Source: Octopus sinensis
Taxonomy: Eukaryota
Reading direction: 5' to 3'
Length of the DNA stretch: 59,477 nt
Assembly (NCBI RefSeq): GCF_006345805.1
Contig: NW_021833095.1
Coordinates: 1 to 59,477, forward strand
A program made the position numbers and the translations under genes. The notes beneath the pieces are model-generated. The model was not told the DNA's origin. It made no database searches and worked only from the letters and a program-made list of their open reading frames with translations. This document shows, piece after piece, positions 51,156 to 59,477 of this stretch (its first letter is position 1; each line of letters opens with the position of its first letter).

Positions 51156-51715
51156 CGTCAGAGCGTCGGTTTGATTGCTTTGCGCTGATCGCTCCAGCAG
51201 TCTGTACTTTGTTCAAACAGCGTTCAAGGTCAACTTGCCGTCGATTCGAGATCGATAAAATAAAGTACCAGTTATGTTGTACGGTCGATTCTCCTACTTT
51301 TGATTCATTATCTTCTGGAAGAAATCGACTTTGGCCAGATCTGGAAAAGGGATTGGCTCACAATGCTAAAAAAATCTTCAGTACAAGAAGCTGGAATTTC
51401 CCAGGTTACTGCTACTGGTTAAAGGTCGAGGCATCGAGAGAGATTCCATGTGGTGGCTCTAACTGCTGGAAATATCAGCTAAATCTCCCTCAAATTACAA
51501 CCTGTCGTTATAAAAAAAAACCCAGAAAACCTTACATACATACGCCCAACAGTGGAACAATCAGATGATTACAAAAGATCTCAACGTTTGAACCTGCAGA
51601 CGAAAGGAGCTATGCATGATCTACATGTAAAAGGACGCCCCACTCAAAACCTATAAAGGGGTCAGCAGCAGGACATTGCAGTTTCACAACTGGACCTTGC
51701 ATGTCTCATTCAATT

Positions 51716-51886
51716 GTCGTTACGTTCTGAGTTCAAATTCCGCCAAGGTAGACGTTGCCTTTCATCCTTTCGGGATCGATAAATTAAGTACCAGTTACGC
51801 ACTGGGGTCGATGTAATCGACTTAATCCGTTTGTCTGTCCTTGTTTGTCCCCTCTGTGTTTAGCCCCTTGTGGGTAATAAAGAAAT
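51716..51886 (+). mobile_element. 5'-truncated family B SINE inserted into an older repeat
   Basis: gtcgttacgttctgagttcaaattccgcc...gtgggtaataaagaaata. Confidence 0.9.
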
Positions 51887-52224
51887 ATATATACTGTGGT
51901 GGAAAGTCATGAAGTCAAGTGTATGAGTCACTTCCTGGCAAATTGAATTCCACCTTAAACAAATCCACGCATTTGGCACTTACCTAGATACCCTCTAAAG
52001 ACAGGATGGTCGTGGTTAGAAGGGAATAGCTTTCACCATAGTTCTTCCTGATGAGGTTTATCCTGGGGTTAAACGACAACTGTTCGTTTCACGTTCTTTG
52101 CTTGCTGCAGATGTCTATTTTCCTTTTCCAATGACGAGCGAATTTTTTTTTTTTTTTTTGAAGTATACCTGCTGTTTGTTACATTCACCTCAAATAGAAA
52201 TTGGTGCTACATATGTATATACAT

Positions 52225-52229
52225 GCATT

Positions 52230-52324
<95 letters not shown>

Positions 52325-52327
52325 GAC

Positions 52328-52359
<32 letters not shown>

Positions 52360-52432
52360 ATCTATTTATCTGTCTGTCTGTCTGTCTGTCTATCATCTAT
52401 CTATCTGTCTGTCTGTCTGTCTATCTATCTAT
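52225..52432. repeat. (CTAT)n/(CTGT)n tetranucleotide array
   Basis: Direct reading. Similar arrays at ~44060, 46795 and 48295. Confidence 0.95.
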
Positions 52433-52633
52433 CCACAAACACATATATCAACACACATAAATGCACACATATATATACACATGTATCTATCTGCTTATAT
52501 ATATATGCACACACACAAATATACACTATCTTATATATATACACTCTCATATTTTATATATATATATATATACAAATATAAATACACACAAAATACACTA
52601 TCTTATTTATCACACAAATATTTATCTTATTTA

Positions 52634-52690
<57 letters not shown>

Positions 52691-52738
52691 CACAGAATAT
52701 ACATTTTCTTATATATACATACACACATATTTATCTTT

Positions 52739-52806
<68 letters not shown>

Positions 52807-53103
52807 TTCTTACACACACACATGCACACACGACCATTGGCATTGTTATCTCGCTGGTCATTGCGGCGACTGCAACACCACGCTTCGATAAACTCAATGT
52901 TGAAAATGTTGCTGGCCGTAAGCACTTTTCTCTTTGCAGCCTTCAAATTTTTGCCAAATATGCAAATGCTATTGATTCAATTTAAGGTTTTATAACAATC
53001 AACGCTTTTCTCAATTCATCCCTATCTTCTCCCTCCCTCCCTCCTTCCTCCTCCCTATCTTTCTCTCTTTCCTGGTACTCACAGTTCTTTCTCATGATTA
53101 TAA

Positions 53104-53162
<59 letters not shown>

Positions 53163-53237
53163 TTAGACAGACAAGTGTCTTATGTAGCAGTGTCGCAAAA
53201 CTGCAACTAGCATAAAATTGCATTATTATACATCCCC

Positions 53238-53452
53238 AAGACGGCGAGTTAGCAGAATCGTTGTTGACACGCTGGGAAAAATGCTTTCATCTGTGTTCAC
53301 CTCTTGAGTTCAAATCCTATCGAGGTCGGCATAACTTTGCATCCTTTCGTAGTCGAATAAAAATAAGTACCAGTTGAACACTAGGGTCGATGTAATAGGC
53401 TGCTAGACTTTCCCCCGAAATTGCTGGCCTTGTACCAAAATACGAAAGCAAT
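53238..53452 (+). mobile_element. Older family B SINE (variant tail)
   Basis: aagacggcgagttagcagaatcg...gagttcaaatcc...ctttgcatcctttcgtagtcg...taagtaccagttgaacactagggtcgatg...aattgctggccttgtaccaaaa. Confidence 0.8.
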
Positions 53453-56145
53453 ATTAAACATCACCAATACCGCATGCATAACGCAGATGTTTTGTTTAAA
53501 GGGAGTTGTGGTTTATCATCGGGTCAGCGGCAGTCCATTGCGGTTTCATAACTGGATCCTGGATGTCTCGGTCAATATGTGCTGCGGAGGGAAGTCATGA
53601 AGTCAAGTGTGTGGGTCACTTCCTGGTAAGGTGAATCCACTTTAAGCAAATATACGCCGTTGACACTTTCTTCTACGATGACGCCTCTGGTTACCAATTC
53701 AATAAGTTAAGACAGTGAGCATAGAACCACTATGGATAATAGAAGCACATTATTACCTCAATGTTAAGTGAGTAGAGTGCTTGCTACACACACACAAAAA
53801 AAACCGTATAAATTCGGTGTTAAGTGAGTAGATTGAGTGTGAGGACAAAATTCTAAATGAGTTAAGTATGAATTTGTGCTTGTGTGGACGTTTACACATG
53901 ATTCAGTGTTTTTCCACCGTAACGATATTTTCTTCCAGACATAAACGCATTGAAGATTACATCATTGGATGTAGCTATTCAATTCTAATGGTGTTTATTT
54001 ATAGAAGAGGACTTGACTTCTATTACTAGCAGGTCGTGGCGCCTCTGTATTTGGCCCTTTTAAATCTATGACTAATATAAACGTGCGCAAGCACATTTTA
54101 TGTTGTTGTCTTTGTATGTTTAATCTTTACCTATATAACCGTGATTTACACGCCATATTTTGGATTCCATTTGTTATATGTATTTATGTGTATGTGTATA
54201 TATGTTATATATATATATATGTATATATAATATGAATGTATGTATCCGAGATATGTAACTCTTAACGAGCAAGCGATGTCTTTTATGTTTTGCCCAATGG
54301 GGAATATTCTGTATTCTTGCTTTTATTCCTCGTACCACACACATGCACACGTACGCGCGCACGCACACGCGCTGCTTATTGGGTGATGATGACGGTGGTG
54401 GTGGTGATGGTGGGGGGGTGGTGAGGTATTTACGTCGTGGGAACTTCAAACCGAAACGTATGTTAAAGCAACCGATTCTTTTTCCTTGTTGTTGTTGCTG
54501 CTGCCACTGCTGCAATTTCTATTCATTCTTAGAGTCTTTCTAAAGTGTTGACACTGTCACATCTATGGCAGACAACTAACTGAACCTTACGGGAAAAATG
54601 TCTTGGATTTCTTTGGAGTAGACTGGGGGGAGGGGGAGGATGAGGAAGGAGGAGGGGGACGATACCCCCCCCAAAAAAATACATAATAAATAATAAATAT
54701 GAAAAAAAAAAGAATTTTTTTTTAAATAATGGGAATGCACGAAACCCCAATTTTCAATTCTCCTGGTATCTCTTAATATATGAATGCTTTATCCATAAAA
54801 ATCATTCCCACCACCACCACCACCACCACATTATCATCATCATCATCATTATCATCATCATGGTCGTTGTAGTCGTCGTCATCGGACACAGAGAGTGGAG
54901 AACCCGGATTAAATTATTTAACATATCATGGCCTTGGTGTGTCCCCTGCACCCTCATCTCCTCTTATCCCCTTTTTTTTGTGGTTGTTTAGGAGCCCTTG
55001 TATTCACTAGGAGGTGTTCTTTCCTTTTTTTCCCTGCTCTTTTTCTTTTTGGTGGTAGATGTTGGGGGTGGTCAGGAGTGAGTTAGGTTGAGATATATAT
55101 ATAAACAGCAGTGATATAAGGGAGTCGGTTCAGTCGACCATATACTAGCTCCCTTTTTCCACCACCACCACCACCACCATCGTCATCTTCCTTATCCATT
55201 CTTCTCCGTATCACAAATAGGAACAACACTGCCTGTCGTGAAGCTTTAGGATTTGTATGTAAGGAAACGAAATTATCGTTGAAGGTCATCGTCGGTTGAT
55301 AATGGGTGCAAACATTAGAAAAAGACGAAAACACTTAGAAGTAAAAAAAAATATATATATATATAGGTAGATAAATAAGTAAATAACATAAAAGCAGAGT
55401 GAGGTTAGTTTGTTTATCTAGGATGTGTAGCTGAGGTCTCTAGGTTCGATATATTACTGGATTTAGATTTTCGTTCATTTCTCCTAATACGTAACAAAAT
55501 AAGTAATTTTGGAAAGATTCGTCAGTTTAAGCTGACCTGCAAGAAAGATCAACTATTGACCTATCCCCTACATCACTAAGGACTAATTTAAGGGTATAAT
55601 AAATGAAAATGAAGAGGTAGACATTTTTTCAATTCATGCTACATATGTTTCAATAGCATAGTAATTTATTACGTACGAGAAATTACGTAATTTTCGTTAC
55701 ATTAAAACACCTGTTTCAAAAAGATTCAGCTTTTAATAAAATATACACTCTCTTATGTATTGAATATTTATTTACTCACGCACACGCATGCGCATATGTG
55801 GCTGTGGCCATCGTTGTTTGAGTGTAGCGAGTGTGTTCGCTTATTTTTGTTACGGCAATAAGGGAGCAACGTCTTTGATAGGACTTATCGAGTATTTACT
55901 TTACTGAAATAATTCTGGGTACCTTCTTTGAATTTGAATAAACGCGTTTTAAATCTGTATTCAACTCTCAGTTCTTCCATAATTGTGGTGTCGAAACGAA
56001 ATTGTTACATAATAATCTTCCATGTGTATGTAATATATATTTATATATTATGTGTATATTTATGTTTGTGTCTGTGTAAATATGCATGTCTGTACGTGTG
56101 TACTTGTAAACGTTTATATATTTACATGCATGTATATGAGTGTCT

Positions 56146-56184
<39 letters not shown>

Positions 56185-56969
56185 GAAAGAACCTTTCTCC
56201 AATTCATTGTTTTGTTTGCTCTTCTGAAGTGAAGCGTGTGACATCATCATATTGTAGTTTGTTTGTTCTAGAGGCACAAAGGAAAGACCGTTTCGTTATC
56301 TCGATTAACTGGGTACCGATGTTATTATTATTATTATTATCATTGTTGTTGTTGCTGCCGTTATTTTTGTTATTTCTCTCCCCCTACTTTCTCTCTCTTT
56401 CTCTCTGTTCATCACTTCCACCCCATACACCCTACGCATCAATTCTATTCTCTCTAATGACAGACAAATGACTAAACTGTTTACGTCTTGCTTCTTGTTT
56501 GTCCTGAATTTAAAAAAATTAAAAATTTTTTTTTTTTCCTGTGAGGTGTTTTCGTCATCGCTGTTGTTGTTGTGGGTGATGTTTTAAGTTTCGAATGATT
56601 TCTCTCTCTGATGCAAACATATATATATGTTGTTGCTGCTGTTGTTGTTGTTGACGAAGGTGCTATTGATGTCATGGATGCCAGTTTTCTTTGTCGTCGT
56701 TGCGTGTTTGTCTCGAAGCTGTCTCTGATTGAAAAATACCTATGACGAAAGGCTTTCCGACCGGGACTATCCAGTACAATTCTCCCCCACCCCACCCCAC
56801 CTGCAGTCATGTTTATTTTTATATCAAGTTATAATAAAAAAAAAACATTTTAAGATTAAACTGAATTACTCAGTACTTTTTGTAGACGTCATATTTATTA
56901 TATGCATTTACAAAAATAGTGCGAGATGACTGTGATTTCAAAATTTCGGCCTGCCAATCTTCTTCGAAC

Positions 56970-57021
<52 letters not shown>

Positions 57022-57433
57022 AGCTTAGAGAAGAAGAAGAAACGAAACGAAACCAAACGAATCGAATCGAATCGACGCGAAGGCGCTCAGTCATCATACA
57101 ATAGTGTAATAAATAAATATATGCATACATACAAACATATATGTACGTACGTACTACATCTACATGTATATATACATGCATATATAAATATATATATACG
57201 TGAGTACAGGACACCACAAATACGTAGAACTCAACGAGAAACGAAAACGTAAAAACAGCATGGAACGGACCATTTTTTTAACAACGAAAAAACAGATTAT
57301 ATATATATATATATATATAGATTATATATATTATATATATATATAGGAGAGTTCACGAAAAAGACAAAAGACGAAGGCAGGTGGTGTACAAAACAAACAT
57401 ATATATTAGTATAACGCTCAGGAATAGAAAAAG

Positions 57434-57472
57434 TTTTTTACGTTTCGAGCCTACGCTCTTCGTCAGAAAGGA
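57434..57472 (-). ncRNA. Minimal hammerhead ribozyme motif (Penelope-like element type)
   Basis: Minus strand: ccttt CUGACGA a GAGC guag GCUC GAAA CGUA aaaa. Intact core, 4-bp helix II, palindromic ACGU helix III, weak helix I. Confidence 0.7.
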
Positions 57473-58334
57473 TTGAGAGGGGGAAAAACAGAGAGAGAGA
57501 GAAAAAATGTGTAGGAGATCAAGGGCTTATCAGCACTTGCACAGACAAATGGCTGTGGGGTTCGTTTTTATTGTTGTCTGTGGTGACTATTATTGTTAAT
57601 GTTTTTACTTTTCGTTCTGTTTTAACAATTCTTGCCTCATTTCCTGAGTGAAGCCATCTTTGCATTCACCGTCTGCAACCATTTCATACATACATACATA
57701 CAGTGTGGCTGGGTATGCTTGTGTATATATGTATGTATATATGTATGTATGTATGTTTATTCTATAATTCATTATTTATTAACTCAGATTTGTAATTTTC
57801 ATGTTCTTCTATATATCATTCGGTCTGTCGGTCGATTTTTCTCTTTACACGCATGCCCGCACACACACGTGCCCACACACACATACACACACACGCTCTC
57901 TCTCACACACATACACCTATACACACAAACTGTGTTTTGTCTGTTTCTGACAAGACTTTTGCAATGGCGCCTGTTGTCTATATGCTGTATCTTTACAGAG
58001 CAGTCATCTTACAAGCATATATTCAACCGGCGTGTGTTAGCGAAATATGTATATGACATGATGGGTGCGTGTTATATGTGTTTCATTTATATTCATATAT
58101 AGATGCCTGTGTTTAGATTTCCATATACGTGCAAATATGTATGCGCGTGAATGTATACATATGTATTACAACACCTAACTGTTGTTTTAATATGAACATA
58201 AGCATATTCTTTCTATGCCTTTACTACCCAGAAAGAGGAGTCTCCTGTCAGACTGTTTCATTATTTTTGAACGATCCTCAAGGAATTCCCACTCAGTCTC
58301 CTTCCTTGTCTAGGATATCACCTTAGAAGGCCAA

Positions 58335-58370
<36 letters not shown>

Positions 58371-58571
58371 CTCTCCTTAATGTACGGACTAATCGATTAG
58401 CGAATAACCCCAGATTTACAGTTTGTACGGATCGCACTATCGCCTGGTGTATCCAACCTGCATAGATTGCAATACTTCTCGCTGGATATTCTGGATAGCC
58501 AAGTTTTATCGCATGGAGCGCTAACTGAGATATTCTTTTGGATGTCCCAATCCCTATTATACTTTCGCTAT

Positions 58572-58794
58572 ATACTCTTTTTACTCTTTTACTCGTTTCA
58601 GTCATTTGGCTGTGGCCATGCTGGAGTACCGCCTTTAGTCGAGCAGATCGACCCCAGGACTTATTCTTTGTAAGCCTAGTACTTATTCTATCGGTCTCTT
58701 TTGCCGAACCGCTTAGGTTACGATAACGTAAACTCACCAGCATCGGTTGTCAAGCGATTTGACACAGACACACAAACATATACACACACACACA

Positions 58795-58837
<43 letters not shown>

Positions 58838-59011
58838 ATATATATATATATACATATATACGACTGGCTTCTTTCAGCTTCCGTCTACCAAATCCACTCA
58901 TAAGGCTTTGGTCAACCGAGGCTATAGTAGAAGACACTTGCCCAAAGTGCCACGCAGTGGGACTGAACCCGGAACCGTGTGGTTGGTAAGCAAGCTACTT
59001 ACCACACAGCC
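58572..59011 (-). mobile_element. Family A SINE, near full length, with expanded internal (TA)n
   Basis: Reverse complement of the 48402-48804 copy: tactcttttactcgtttcagtc...aagctacttaccacacagcc. Confidence 0.93.
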
Positions 59012-59129
59012 AAACAAAGTTATAGTGAAGGAGACTGATCAGTCAGTCTTACAAATATAAACGTATGTGTGCATATAATATGTGTGTGTGTATAGTTTAT
59101 ATTTGTACGTGCAAATACATATATATATA

Positions 59130-59330
59130 TATAATTTTAATCCAAACGGGAAACAAAAAAAACAACAACAGGAACAATTACAGTATTATTATTAATAGGC
59201 GCTCAGGAAATGGAAGCAGGGAGGTATGACGTTTCGAGCGGAGCTCTTAAAGAAGGAAGAGAGAGGAAAGAAAGATCCCAGAGCGGGCAACAGGGAAAGA
59301 GAAAAAGACGACTGGTGGTTTACGAGTTGA
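59130..59330 (-). mobile_element. Probable Penelope-like terminal-repeat fragment with a degenerate hammerhead
   Basis: Minus strand aGAGC ucc GCUC GAAA CGUC, but the CUGANGA box is damaged. Shares cgctcaggaa and cgtttcgagc...gctctt with 57345-57510. Flanked by (TA)n. Confidence 0.5.
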
Positions 59331-59409
59331 CATATATATATATATATATATATATCTATATATATCTATATATTATTATATATATATATATATATATTAT
59401 TTCCTTGTT

Positions 59410-59477
59410 TTTCCTGATGAGAGGCGGCATAATGCACCCTTTATTCTTTCGGAATTGAGAATATGCAGTCTTCGAAA
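59410..59477 (+). ncRNA. Hammerhead ribozyme-like motif with extended helix II, truncated by the window end
   Basis: CTGATGA (59414-59420), then gaggc-g-gcat...attct ttcggaattg agaat atgc-a-gtc(t)tc, then GAAA (59474-59477). Helix III and the cleavage triplet would lie outside the window. Confidence 0.5.

Noticed and set aside
58318-58743. 141-aa minus-strand ORF
   Set aside because: It begins inside a family A SINE and ends in (GA)n. The unique middle part matches no protein family I recognise.
370-59458. The many 60-294-aa ORFs rich in YI, CV, HT, SL or IYLS repeats, and SINE-derived ORFs
   Set aside because: They are translations of microsatellites or SINEs, with no domain-like sequence or supporting exon structure.

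Overview
Eukaryotic, AT-rich, extremely repetitive genomic DNA. The SINE families and (TA)n/(CA)n/(CT)n/(ATT)n/(CTAT)n load point to an octopus genome (inference from repeat content, not from a search). I find no credible host protein-coding exon: the supplied ORFs are microsatellite, minisatellite or SINE read-throughs. The only clearly recognisable coding sequence is the C-terminus of a CR1 LINE ORF2 (two 5'-truncated copies). The window holds at least six short interspersed families, labelled here A-F. It also has a piggyBac-like MITE, a hAT MITE, a long-TIR element, a 34-bp minisatellite, a ~977-bp tandem duplication and a 146-147-bp satellite with 3-mer and 9-mer higher-order structure. 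Best leads: (1) a textbook recursive-splicing ratchet point (branch point, pyrimidine tract, AG|GTAAGT) at 33395-33439 with a downstream GTGAGT donor, suggesting a giant + strand intron; (2) three Penelope-type hammerhead-ribozyme motifs in the last 2.1 kb; (3) a nucleosome-length higher-order satellite that appears to have grown from the 3' end of a dispersed repeat; (4) a non-autonomous element carrying a variable array of double-hairpin/pseudoknot modules. Coordinates were read by hand. Ends of degenerate repeats are approximate.
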